Part shown: in pieces, positions 12,889-26,317 of the stretch
How the letters are laid out: every line of letters begins with the position of its first letter
Numbering within the stretch: position 1 is the stretch's first letter
DNA from: the human T2T-CHM13v2.0 reference genome, Homo sapiens
Direction: 5' to 3' (one strand)
NCBI RefSeq assembly: GCF_009914755.1
Contig: NC_060939.1
DNA length: 64,000 nucleotides
Translations under genes and position numbers: made by a program
Notes under the pieces: generated by a model
What the model was told of the DNA's origin: nothing
The model's input: the letters and a program-made list of their open reading frames with translations, nothing else
Databases searched by the model: none

Positions 12889-13953
12889 GTGAGTTTGGGA
12901 ATGGCCAGTCAGAAGCTCAGGACTACAGAAGCTACCCTCAGAGAAACCTGAAAGGGAGCTGGCTCTGCAGCGTGGTCTGCGTGTTTATTTGCCATCCGTG
13001 ATTCACTGTGGCCTGGTGAAGACTCAGCAACGGGCACTTTCACTGGCTGTCCTCTGCTCTCTGTGGCATGCGATGGGGAAACCTTTTCCCAGGGGCGTTT
13101 TATCTTAGGAGAACAACTTCAAAAACACATGTAAAAGGGAAAAATGTTGTTTAGCATCTTGCTGTGGTAAAAATGATAACTTATATAGAGAATATCTATT
13201 TTGGGACTGATGTAGCAAAAAATCGTTTTCTAAGCCCCTCCCAACATGTAAAAAGAAGGGAGAAAAGGCCACAGTGGGAGCAGCCTCCTGAGCCCCCTCT
13301 GTAATTAACTCTGACAGCTACTGATTCTCATGCTAAAATGAGGGGTGGATGGGTGAGTGCTGGGGTGTGAGCTGGAGCCTGAGGGGAGGCTCTGGACCTG
13401 CCTTCTGCAGCATCCTGTGGCTCCATACTTTGCATTGGATAAGCCTTTCATTGGCTATCTGCCTAAGGGTCAAAATCTCGCCTTGGGTCTCTGCTACGTG
13501 ATACGCATTTGGGTGTCTGGACAGAAGTGGATGCCAGACTTGTCCATGCAGAAAACTGCCTCCAATTAATATCTGCCTGTTTGACGGTACAGTTCGGTCT
13601 GTTCCACGCAGGAGCCCGGCATGTGCCATGTAAGTGGGATGGGGAAGTGTCGGCTGCTACTGGCATTTCATTCCAGGTCATCAGATGGGTTCTATTTTCA
13701 GGGCCCATCTATCACCCCATCTTGCAGTGTGGAGCCTCGAGTTCTCCAAATGTCCAGATCGCAGCTGTCACTGAGGTATTTTCAATTCTGCTCATTGTGT
13801 ACCCCAAATCCAGGGAGAGAAGCTAAACAGAAACATTTGGAGTTATTAACAAATGGAATTAGTAACACTTAGGTAGGGGCAGTGAATTATTTGCCCAAGA
13901 TCTGAGCAAACCAGAACCAAGGGACACAAATGGACCATGTGGTCTCCTAAAAA

Positions 13954-14251
13954 TTTATTTATTTATTTATTGAGACAGGGTTTCACTCTGTCGCCAAGGC
14001 TGCAGTGCAGTGGCACAATCTTAGCTCACTGCAACCTCTGCCTCCTGGGTTCAAGCGATTCTTGTCTCAGCCTCCCGAGTAGCTGGGATTACAGGCATGT
14101 ACCATCATGCTCGGGAAATTTTTGTATTTTTAGTCGATACAGGGTTTTGCCGTGTTGGCCAGGCTGGTCTCGAGCTCCTGATCATATGTGATCTACCCAC
14201 CTTGGCCTCCCAAAATGCTGGGATTACAGGTGTGAACCACCGCACTCAGCC
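13954..14251 (-). mobile_element. AluS with (TAAA)n tail
   Basis: Reverse Alu consensus. Confidence 0.95.
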
Positions 14252-15053
14252 GCTAGCTTTGTGATTTTCTAAGTCTAACTCAGAATGAGAGTAGAAGGGG
14301 CCAGCAGAGGGGGTAAAGATTTGCTTTTATTTATTAGAAATAATAAAAAATCAGAGTCATGAAACGTTCTCAGATCACAGTGGCCTCAGTCTGTGAGGAT
14401 GCCTGGGAAAGGAGGAATGAGGAAGCTGGAAGGTCGAGTAGGGGCTGAGTGGTGGGAGAGGGAGGGGAAAGGGTGGCCCTATGGGTGGGCAAACCAGAGC
14501 TCAACTCAAGGCAGGGGTGACCAATAGATGTGAGCTCAAAGGCATTGCCTCTGATTCCAGACCCATCTACTGGAAAGTCTGAGGTCACCTTCCTACCTAT
14601 TGTTCTGTTAGGGCTTGAGTTTTCTAGGGAAAGTCATTAGAGGTGGTTCCTGGCCACTGCACTCCTCAACACTATTGGGAGGACCACCATTCACCTTTAC
14701 CCTGAACAGCCTCCCAATTCTCCTAGGTGCCACTTTCAAGGTTTTAATGATCCTGTTAGAGATGAAATTCATTTCCTTGTCTTCTTTCCTTATCTGCATC
14801 ACTGGGTTTATGTCTATGGAGAATTTCTTTGTCTATGGAGATTGGTCACAGGGTAACTGCTTGTGTCTCTTGCTTGAACACGCACGCCACTCCCATTTAC
14901 TTAGGGTGGATCTGGTTCTGATATTTTGCAGCAGTTGCATCTGTTACACAGTAAAGGAGTCCTAGAGAAGTGCTGCCAAGGGGAACTCATAAAAAAGCCG
15001 CTGCTGGAGACTCAGATGTGCCCTGCTGAGCGAGGCAGTCTCCTCCTACTTAC

Positions 15054-15292
15054 CGTGCTGCAGTGAGCCGCAGTCACCCGCGGGGGAGTTGAAGAATAAG
15101 TTGAATATGGTTGAACACGGTGGCATCATACTGCTCAGCCATCTCTGGGGTTAACTGCAGATGAGATAATTCCTGTATAACTCCTGGATCCTCTAGGGCA
15201 TTCTGCCACTGTATCCACACTTCATGGTACAAGGGCGAATGGACAGATCTCCAGCTTCCAAGTGAAACGTGAAGGCGACTCGACAAGGATTT
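15054..15292 (-). other. Candidate 239-nt exon, probably non-coding
   Basis: Minus strand CCTAACAG| acceptor (weak pyrimidine tract) and CACG|GTAAGT donor in unique sequence. Confidence 0.25.
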
Positions 15293-15469
15293 CTGTTAGG
15301 ACAATAGTTTTGCTTCATGAAGACCAGGAAGGCTTGAACTCAGGACAATGGGTATCTTGAATTTACTCAGTTCCCATCTCTTAAGTTATTAAACATTATT
15401 TCCCACCTGTCTTGTGTATTTTTGCTTGATCCCTATAATATGGGGGCAGGCATAATTTTGTATAACCCC

Positions 15470-15620
15470 TGTAAGACGTGTGCCAGGTACAATTGGCCCT
15501 ATTTCCTATGTGGGGAAACTGAGACTCAGAGCAGAGAAGCGACTCTCCTAAGTCACACGTTGTATTGCTGGCAGAGTCTCGGGCAGGAGTCGTGCCTCCT
15601 GATTTCCAGGTACATGCTGC
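15470..15620 (-). mobile_element. MIR
   Basis: CCCTATTTCCTATGTGGGGAAACTGAGACTCAGAG...AAGTCACACG MIR core. Confidence 0.7.
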
Positions 15621-16313
15621 TTTTGCTAGAACCAATCTATTAAAGAACCAAGACTCTTTTATTTGGAATTAATGAGGGATTCCAAAAATAGTGTTAGCAG
15701 TGCTTAACAAATTTGAAAGAGCAAAGGAACTGAAGCCAGAGAAGACTGAGATAGGGGAGCTGTTTCATTGTATCAATTTCTATTCACTTTGTTAATAATT
15801 GATGCCACATTTACTCATTGTTATATATTAAAAATACTTGATTTGCTACAAGGTAAAAATGACCCATTGACTTTGTCTCTCAACCTACGCTAACCCTAAA
15901 TGAGAATCTCATTGTGACCACGATTTTGCAAAATTGATTAAATGGAAATAAATGCATTCAAGTGTCAAAGGCTGCATTGGGAATGGTTGCTAATGAGCTT
16001 GACCTTTCAGAGCTTCCTGGCTGGGTGCACAGTAGGTGTTCAATGAGTACTGATGGATGTCTTGACTGACTGAGATTTCGGTTAGCCTTCCATCCCCGGG
16101 AGCATGGTGCCTCTAATGTGTTAGATGGCATCATGTTCCAAAAATGAATCGATCTATAAATTTGAAGACTAATTTGGAAACATTTTAACCTTACTAAACA
16201 GAATAGTATGATAAAACCTAGGTACCCTACGCCAGCTTCAAATCAATATTCTGCTGTTTTTGTTTACTTCCCTTAACACACATCACTGCCTCCCCACCCC
16301 CAACACACACACA

Positions 16314-16467
16314 CTTTTTTGTTTTTGAGACAGAGTCTCGCTCTGTCACCGAGGCTGGGGTGTAGTGGCGCCATCTCGGCTCACTGCAAGCTCCGCCTCC
16401 TGGGTTCATGCCATTCTCCTGTCTCGGCCTCCCAGTCTCCAGAGTAGCTGGGACTTCAGGTGTCCAC
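16314..16467 (-). mobile_element. AluY-like right monomer fragment
   Basis: GCTCACTGCAAGCTCCGCCTCCTGGGTTCATGCCATTCTCC (AluY-type diagnostics). Confidence 0.85.
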
Positions 16468-16707
16468 TTTTTTTTTTTTTTTTTGGCTGAAGTACCATAA
16501 AGGAAATTTCAAACATTGTGTCATTCACCTGTGAATAAATCTGTATGTACCTCCAATAGATAGACTAAAAAAACCACAACCTTATCACCACAACACAATT
16601 AGCCATTGTTTCTTAATATCATAGGAGGCCTCTTCCATGCTGAATGCTCCATGGGTTCTTAAAGTCGTGTTCTTTTGATGAGATTCTTCACATAAGATTT
16701 TACAGTT

Positions 16708-17035
<328 letters not shown>

Positions 17036-17165
17036 TTTTACAGTTACCACATTGTGTTTGGTTAATCCATTTTTTATCTACTATAGTTTCTCGTCCCCTC
17101 TATACAAAGAATTAGGGCTAGAGGCTTGACTGGATTCAAGTATTTAAATAAAAAATAGTTTGTAA

Positions 17166-17461
17166 GGCCGGGCACAGTGGCTCACGCCTGTAATCCCAGC
17201 ACTTTGGGAGGCCAAGGCAGGTGGATCGCCTGAGGTCAGGAGTTGAGACCAGCCTGGCCAATATGGTGAAACCCTGTCTCTATTAAAAATACAAAAATTA
17301 GCCAGGTGTGGTGGCGTGCACCTGTAGTCCTGGCTACTCAAGGCTGAGGCAGGAGAATTGCTTGAACCTGGGAGGCAGAGGTTGCAGTGAGCTATGATCA
17401 CACTATTGCACTCCAGCCTGAGTGACAGAGTGAGACTCTGTCTCAAAAAACAAAAACAAAA
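17166..17461 (+). mobile_element. AluS
   Basis: Full dimer; TSD AAAATA(G/C)TTTGTAA. Confidence 0.95.
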
Positions 17462-17783
17462 TACTTTGTAAATGAAGTTGCGTACTTTCTTTAACCTCAA
17501 CATTTTGAAAATTGTTTCATAAATGTCCATTTATTCCAGGTCCTAATCCTTGGATAAAACTGATAACATGAGGAATGATTTTGAGATAATGACATGAGAC
17601 ATAGTCCTCTATCACATATCAAGGGTCACACTCCTGGAAATCACTACCATTGAGTAATGAGAGAAGACCACTGAGTATCAGAAATAACCACCATCAAATC
17701 TCATGAGGGGTTTTAGGCCAGAGAGGAGACCTCAATTCAGGACCTACTTTATCTTGTTTTACACAGAAGTTTAAGAGCCTTCA

Positions 17784-18128
<345 letters not shown>

Positions 18129-19469
18129 CTACATGTTCAGGCAGAACACAGAAGAAAATTGAGAAGCAAAAGCAAGAAATAAGGCACAGAATCCAGAATA
18201 AGTTGATATGGATGTCAAGAATCTTCCTCTTTGTGAATATAACATGCTTGTCTAGTTACTTGATCTAATTTGATGATCACAGCAACCTTATGAGGTAGGT
18301 ACTGTTATGTTCTGTATCTTTCAAGTAAAGAAACATTAATACATGTTCCCAAAGTGGCTCAGCTGGGGAGAAATCACAAGGAATGTTGACCAGTTTCTCC
18401 ATGGTCAAGTACTCGTGGACACTGAGAGAAGAGTGGTTGAGACTCTTCAACTCCTGTCTAAGTAGGCGAGAAACCATGTGGTCCATTTTGAAAAGACTTA
18501 CACATGAAATAGGAAAAATAAAAAGCTTCTAATTACTTTAAATGGCTTCAAGTTTCTAGAAAACTTATATACATTGACGTACAGGTATGAACGTTTGGAA
18601 GTTGGTACTCTTAAAACATTTTACAAACCAGAAAGAGATGTTACTGCAGTAGTTAAATTAATGAATTGGTTTATCTTGAAGTATTACCTGGAAACCCTTC
18701 AGTGATATTGATGTTTCCCATTCCCTCTGTTAGCCTGGACTTTTTCTATGGCTTATTTTTTTCTATAGTTCTCTAGATTTTTCTATGAGGCACTTGACTG
18801 CCACAGCCAGGAAACTCTTAAGAATCTAATTTTCTGCTCTTCCTCCTCTGTAACTAAAGACTGGATCAGTTAGGACTGGGTTTCACTATCACATCTTGTA
18901 GGTGACCATGACTATTCGAGAAATGACCTCTTCATTTGCCTGCTTCTACCAAAAAAAAAAAAATTGGAACCACTAGATTGGATAAATTCTACATGATGAA
19001 TATCTTAGCCAATTCTTACTGAGGGTTGGGGATCTGGGTGAGGTAAATCCTTCATCATTAAAGGTGACACCTTGGTAGTCCACCCCAACATCACCTTTCC
19101 AAAAATGAGCCTTCTGGAATCTACCTGAGAGTCGGGAAATATTGAACTAAGCCAGATGTCACTGACAGGTACATCCAGGACAACAGTTTGGGGCAATTTA
19201 ATGAAGGGGCAAATAACCCACTACAATTCACCAAGTCCTTAGGCCTTCGGTAAATAATTTTTGATGCTCATAGTGATGACTGAATGACCAGTGTTGGATA
19301 AATGCATTCTATGAGGGCAGAGAAACATTTAAGCTAAATAAAACATTTTTGTGATTTAAAGAAATTACCTTCAGCTATCTGGAAAACTTGGCTATCTGAC
19401 GATGATTCATTTTCTGGTGATTTCAACTAACCAAAGTTTTATTCTACTGTGCTTTTGGAAAAAAAAACA

Positions 19470-19775
19470 GGACCGGGCATGGTGGCTCATGCCTGTAATC
19501 CCAGCACTTTGGAAGGCCGAGGTGAGTGGATCACTTGAGGTGAGGAGTTCAAGACCAGACTGGCCAACATGGTGAAACCCCATCTCTACTAAAAATACAA
19601 AAATTAGCTGGGCGTAGTTATGGGCACCTGTAATCTCAGCTACCTGGGAGGCTGAGGCAGGAGAATTGCTTGAACCCAGAAGCAGAGGTTGCAGTGAGTC
19701 AAGATCGTGCCATTGCACTCCAGCCTGGGCAACAAGAGCAAAACTCCATGTCAAAAAAAAAAAAAAAAAAAAAAA
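19470..19775 (+). mobile_element. AluS
   Basis: Full dimer with A23 tail. Confidence 0.95.
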
Positions 19776-21857
19776 TCTGTTTCACTGGCAGAGAAAACTC
19801 TGGACCCCATGGACTAGTCTCACCTGGTGTGACATTTCTTCTGTGCTTTTGACAATTTTCATAGCATGTTGATTCTTCATCTCATTCTCAGACATCAGTT
19901 AATTAGCTAATCTGGATTTTGATTCACACGTATTAAATACCATCTTTTCTGAGCACACAAAATCCCCCTTATGTGAAATAAATGGCATTATGTCCAAAAG
20001 AATGGTGTTAGATCGTCTTTTACTTTGGGGAAAAAAGGAGGTAATTAGTTTGATCTATATTTTTTCATTTGCGAATGTTAATGCCATTTTCACTTCTGAA
20101 GGAAAGGTGAATGGCTGTGCCCAGTCACTGAGTCTGGTTTTTGTGGCTCTGACATTATATAAAGGAGTTTGGGGAAATGGAATGGAATTAAAAGGGCCTC
20201 AGTTGAATATGTGGGTAAGTAGTGTTCTTAATACTTCAACAAAATTTCAAAGAGTTTGTAATTCATATAGCTTTTCTGAAAGGCTGCCAAGAGGGAGATT
20301 TTCAATAGATTGGTGGAATGAGGAATTAAATGCAGATTATTCTGGAAAAGACTAGAATTTAATACAACATTTGAACAGGTTAAATTTATATCAATAAAAT
20401 ACCAGGTGGAGAATGGGACCATTTAATTTCCAGCACACAGAAGACACAACATTTGTAGAAACGATGAACGCAGTGTGGGCTGCTGTTTCCGGCTTCTGTG
20501 TTCATTTTCAAAAGCAGCCTGGGAAATTTATGCCGCTCTTTGGAATTTGAGGTAGTGGTAAAGTTGCAGTCAGATGTGATGGATTGTGCAGCCAATTTCT
20601 TGAAGTTTGTGGTTCATTAATCCAGCATTTTGAATTTCAAAGGACTGAAGTGATGTCATTTGGGATGTACATCACAGAAAATTAATGGGGTTTCTTGGTC
20701 AGAAGTGAATGCTGACACAATGCGACAGGGAAAAAGGGATTGGTGTTGCTAATGGCTGGGGAGCGGGAAGGCCTTGGTTTCCAGTGGGAAAGGCTGCCTT
20801 GCCATTCAGAGCCTGCCCAGCCCCCCGCAGGCTCTGAGGGAGTCTTTTCTATGGGTCAGTCCTGCTCCGTCGTGAGAAAACACAAAGTATTGCTTATTCA
20901 AGTGTTTCCCAAGAATTCAGCAGTATCTGAAACAGAAGTTTTCATCTATTTAATTCAGTACGGCAGACCTGCGTTGCTCCTTGTGACTCCAGTCCCTGGT
21001 CTACCATCCTGTCTGGGAGGTGCTGGCAGGGCTGGGCTGAGATGAGTGGGAGCCCTGCCCATCAGGATGCTGTGTGGATATTGGATGTTTCCCATGCTGG
21101 CCTGTGCTGTGAGGCCCAAGGCAGAGTGGTAGAAGAGAGACTGAATCATTGTCAAAGACGCAGGCTGGGAAAGTAGGCTCGGAGGAGGTCCCCGGACAGA
21201 TCCAATGAAAAAAATGAATGGGAACGGAATGGGGCTTTAGGAAGCTTCCACTCTGCCAGTCTGGGTGCTAGGCGCTATCACAGTTCATTGGCTTGTTATA
21301 GTAATTGTCTGTGATATCAATAGAAATACAGTGCTTGATACAAAGCGGTTACTCAACAAATATCTTTTGAATTAAAACAAAATGAAACAAAAAGCAAACC
21401 ACAGCTGTTCAGCTAGATGATGGTATTATCCTTCTTTTTCAAATGAGGAAACAGATTCAGAGCCTTCCTCAAGACAAAAGAGAGTTCTGTTCTTTGTACT
21501 TTGTAAACTGGAAAAACAAAACAAAACAAAAAAAACTCTTCAAATGTTACTTTCCTCACTGCATCACTGAATAAGACCATTTCCTTGCAGCCTTTGCCTC
21601 TGGGAGTGCTTGAAACAGTGTAGCAACTTAATACATATTTGGTGATTGAAAGACTCGGTGACCATTGAACAAGAGGGGCTGATGGCATCTTAATGGGACT
21701 GTCATCTCACAGCAAGAGAGAGATGAAGATTTATATACATGCACACGATCCACTGTGCAGGGTGAGTCTACTGCACTGTGAAAGAAAGCTGAAGTTTGTT
21801 ATCTATTTAAAAAAAGTGATGTGAGATTTTGCAAGAATGTTTTCCTCTGGAAATCTC

Positions 21858-22104
21858 TTTTTTTTTTTTTTTTTTTTTTTTTGAGACAGAGTCTTGTTCT
21901 GTTGCCCAGGCTGGAGTGCAGTGGCGTGATCTGGGCTCACTACAAGCTCCACCTTCCGGGTTCACACCATTCTTCTGCCTCAGCCTCCCGGTAGCTGGGA
22001 CTACAGGCACCTGCCAACCACACCCGGCTAATTTTTGTTGTATTTTTAGTAGAGACAGGGTTTCAACATGTTAGCCAGGATGGTCTCGATCTCCTGACCT
22101 CGTG
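21858..22104 (-). mobile_element. AluY-like, 5'-truncated
   Basis: T25 tail; TTAGCCAGGATGGTCTCGATCTCCTGACCTCGTG; flanking TGGAAATCT repeat. Confidence 0.9.
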
Positions 22105-22729
22105 GAAATCTTAACTTTGGCTTAGATGCCTTGAGAACTCCATTGGGACTCAAAATATACTAGCTTTTTTATTGGGTAACTATATAATCTGAAAGTGAAA
22201 AATTCTCTGTTTGACAGTGCAGATGGTGGTTCTATTTCATATTAATAGTTGAATCTAATGTGGATAGTAGTTTTTGTTGCCTATATGTTTATTAATATTT
22301 GAACTTGATAGCATGTTTTATTGCTTCCCCTAACAGTAACCACTCTTTCACTTTAAATACATCTATGATATTACACCTATATTTCAAGATATAATAAGAG
22401 TAAATTTGTTAAAAATAATTCCTAACAGCTTTATGCATTCTTATTTCTACTCCTTACTTTTACTTAGGGTCTGATAGTCCTGGGATCAGCCACTAAAAAT
22501 TGGTCAATATGCAGCAGCTTTGAGAATCCAGAGAGGGGAAGCTTTGAGAGAGGACCTCAGGCTCCATGTCCCTTCTCTCCTGGTCCCTTGTTCCTCTAGG
22601 TGGAGAAGATCCAGGTTTTCCCTCCCCATGTTGGAGTCTCATTTCCCGACTGGAGCTGGGCTCCTCATTGGTACTGAGAGGGTAGAAATTCACCTGGAGT
22701 AGAAAGTCTCTGTATGTTTTTCACAAACA

Positions 22730-23032
22730 AAACTTTTATTATGGAAACTTTCAAAGACATAAAACATAGAGAGTAACTTTATGAATCTCTGCATCTCCTT
22801 ACCCAGATCCAATGATTATCATCATTGTGCCCATCTTGTTTATCTCTTGCCCTCCCTTATTTTCTGGACTATTTAAAGCAAATCCTTTATTTCACCAGTA
22901 AATAGTAATTATCACACCCAAAACAACTCATGGTAGTTTCCTTAACAGCATCTAATATACTGCCCATGTTAAAATTTTCCTGATTGTTTTAAAGATGTCT
23001 TCTTTGGTTGGCTTGTTTGAATTAAGATCCAA
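22730..23032 (-). mobile_element. Old L1 (L1MC-like) 3' end
   Basis: TTTTATTATGGAAACTTTCAAA...TGTTTGAATTAAGATCCAA resembles L1MC4/5 3' UTR. Confidence 0.6.
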
Positions 23033-23825
23033 TTACTGAAGGTTTTTCCTGAAGCACAGACACCTCCCTGATCCTATCTCAGGGATCTTTCAATGTTGTG
23101 AGACCAGAACCAAGGCAACTAAGACACACTTAGGCTGCAAGGGATTATGATTCTGTCTTCTATGTGGCACCATGGGGAGGGGGAGTTAACCAGGAAAGAC
23201 TAACTTGACCTGTTTGGCTGCCCTGGAACAGGGTCCTGAATAGACCAGCCACAGTTCTAAAGAGGCAGAGATACCTGGTTCTTACTTCTAGAAGTGGTCT
23301 GTTCCAGGCCATCCCATTCTGTAGCTGCACAGACATCAGTGAAATTCTCTGGGGCTTTGTGGGAAATGCAGTCGTTTCAGGAGATCCACCCTAAGAAGGC
23401 AGCAAAACATCACGTCTTGTGGAATGGGGAGGATGGTACTAGCACCCGAGTCAATTAGCTGTGTCTGTAGGAAAAGGAGTAGTTGGCGAAGAATTAAAGA
23501 GCAGAAATGGAAGTGAGGGAAAGGACTCATCCCCAGATGGAGGGAAGAAAATGTATGTGGCTAGTTCAACTCTTTGAAGACATTTAAATATTGAGTGTGT
23601 TTGGACATATGACTATTTGGCTCATAAGGTAGAAGCCCAATAGTGGGATCTGGCTATTGGATCCCAGTTCGGGAAACATGACTTAATTGACATTTCCATT
23701 GGGTGGGAAAAGTAGGAAGGTGGTAATCTGCATATCCCTTGCCCCTGCTGAGACTGGCCTGGGAACCTGTGTGAGCCTTAGGGGAAGGAGTTCTAATCAC
23801 AGCATAGCCATTTTGGTGTGGTTGA

Positions 23826-24252
<427 letters not shown>

Positions 24253-26075
24253 TAAGCAATATCACCAACTGTAGTAATAATAAAAGCAGCATTTGAATAG
24301 TATTTCATAGCTTTCAAAACATTTTCACATTTATTTTATTTTCACACACACCCTGGCCATTTAAAATTGGGTGATGTTTACTGAGCTCTTACTGCATGCC
24401 ATAATCTGTATTGGGTGCTTTCTATACTTTAGTAATCCTCTCTACCTATACCTTCTTTAAGGAGTTTTGTCTCTAAAATCCTTTACTTGTTGTATCAGAC
24501 AGGGTTCACTCAAAGACTCATGAACATAATTTTATATGGAATTCCAATTTCATTGGGAATTAGTTTATGAAATTATAGATGCTGCCTAAGTGGTCTCTGC
24601 AAGGCTGTCTCTCAGCCTAATGCTAGAGCTTGAAGTCTCCAGGCAGATTGGTCAGAAGAGGAAGATCACATGCAGGCTGGAACCTCATAAGTACAAACAG
24701 AATCCCATGTCTGTTCTTGTTGCCTCTGACCTTGGTAATGAGGGTATCTTGTGGAAGCCACAAGGGTATCTCTTGTAGTCCACCCTGAAAGGAAACATAC
24801 AAGAAAAAGGAATTCTGGGAAATGAAGTCCAGCTTTAGTAGGCACATTACAAACCATCACATCTGTTCTGTTCTAAGATGTGCTAGAGGAGAGGGTGGTT
24901 TGGTGTGCAGAGCGGGGGTCAGGGGAGGCAGGGTTTGACAGGCAGTGGTGGGGGTTGGGGGGAGGTGGGTGTTGATCTGCAGCACTCAGAGAAAGTAAAC
25001 TAGATATTAGTGACCACATGAATTCTTCCGTTACTAGAAACTTCACGTAGGAGGGCTTATTCAACTAACCACTTGATGCATTCAGCTAAATTTTGCATGA
25101 AATGGAGCAGCAGGTTTTACAAGGAAATAATTAGCAGGCAAACATGGATTGCTGACCTGCTTATGCTGAAAGGTCATTCATGTGTTCAGCAGCTATTTGT
25201 TGGCTCTGTGGTGGTGTCTCTCTGTTCCTCTGGCTCTTCAGAGTTCTTTTGGCATCCCAGTTGTAGGAAGCTGATTGTCATACACCCCTTATCCCAGCAG
25301 GCCCTTGCTTGGCAGACTGTTTGCCTCAACCAGGTGGGCGCCTTGTCTGTCATGTCATCTGTTCTCAACCAAGTGGACACTTGGTTGCTGAAAATGTCTT
25401 TCTTAGCCGATTGGGGCTCAGGTAAAGAGCATAAGTAGGCCAGTCCAAGTCTCATTTATTTAGAATCATCCCCCAAGAACGTGGAACTACAGTTATCTGC
25501 TCTTTGGGAGCCTGTTGCTACATACTCTGCAGGGCCAGGGGAAAGAGCTTAGGTGCTGTGGGTCTGAGGATCACATGTGAGCAGGAGCTGACATGCCCTC
25601 CTCTGTCTGGGCTGGGATAGGTGACTTGGAGCCACCTTTGAAATCAAGAACAAAGAATAAAACACGCAGCAGGTGTCCAGACAATCCCTGGAAACAAATT
25701 CAGGGCCGTTTGGATGAGCAGAGTCTGTTACACAGCCTAGGAAGCTAATCTGCATGCCGTACCTTCAGGGCAAACTGCAGCTCAGAGCACTGGGAGTAAG
25801 ATCATAGGCCCTGCCAACAAGCCTCATGTGCGGAGCTCTGACATCAGTGTTTCCTGGGAATTTCTTGCCATTAATAACCTTTGTGCTTTGATATTTGCTT
25901 AACGAGAAAGAAAGCTCTGTATTCAGTGGAGAAGCTGGCTTCCCAGACTGGGAAGTGTTGCTCAGGCAGGCCAACTTAAAGGCAGTGCTGATTTTGTCTA
26001 GGGCTGCAATTAGCATAATCCACTTTGCTGGCAGACTTACTCATTGGCCAGAGGTGGGTGATGATTTTCTTCTTT

Positions 26076-26317
26076 CTTTTTTTTTTTTTAATTATACTTT
26101 AAGTTCTAAGGTACATGTGCACAACCTGCAGGTTTGTTACATATGTATACATGTGCCATATTGGTGTGCTGCACCCATTAACTCGTCATTTACATTAGGT
26201 ATATCTCCTAATGCTATCCCTCCCCCCTCCCCCCACCCCATGACAGGCCCTGGTGTGTGATGTTCCCCTTCCTGTGTCCAAGTGTTCTCATTGTTCAACT
26301 CCCACCTCTGAGTGAGA
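26076..26317 (-). mobile_element. L1PA 3' end (5'-truncated)
   Basis: TTATACTTTAAGTTCTAAGGTACATGTGCACAAC...CATTGTTCAACTCCCACCTCTGAGTGAGA is the canonical L1PA 3' UTR. Confidence 0.95.

Noticed and set aside
20548-20570. let-7/miR-98-like 5' sequence TGAGGTAGT
   Set aside because: Only 9 nt match and I see no complementary 3' arm (CTATAC/ACTACC-type) nearby to form a pre-miRNA hairpin; consistent with chance.
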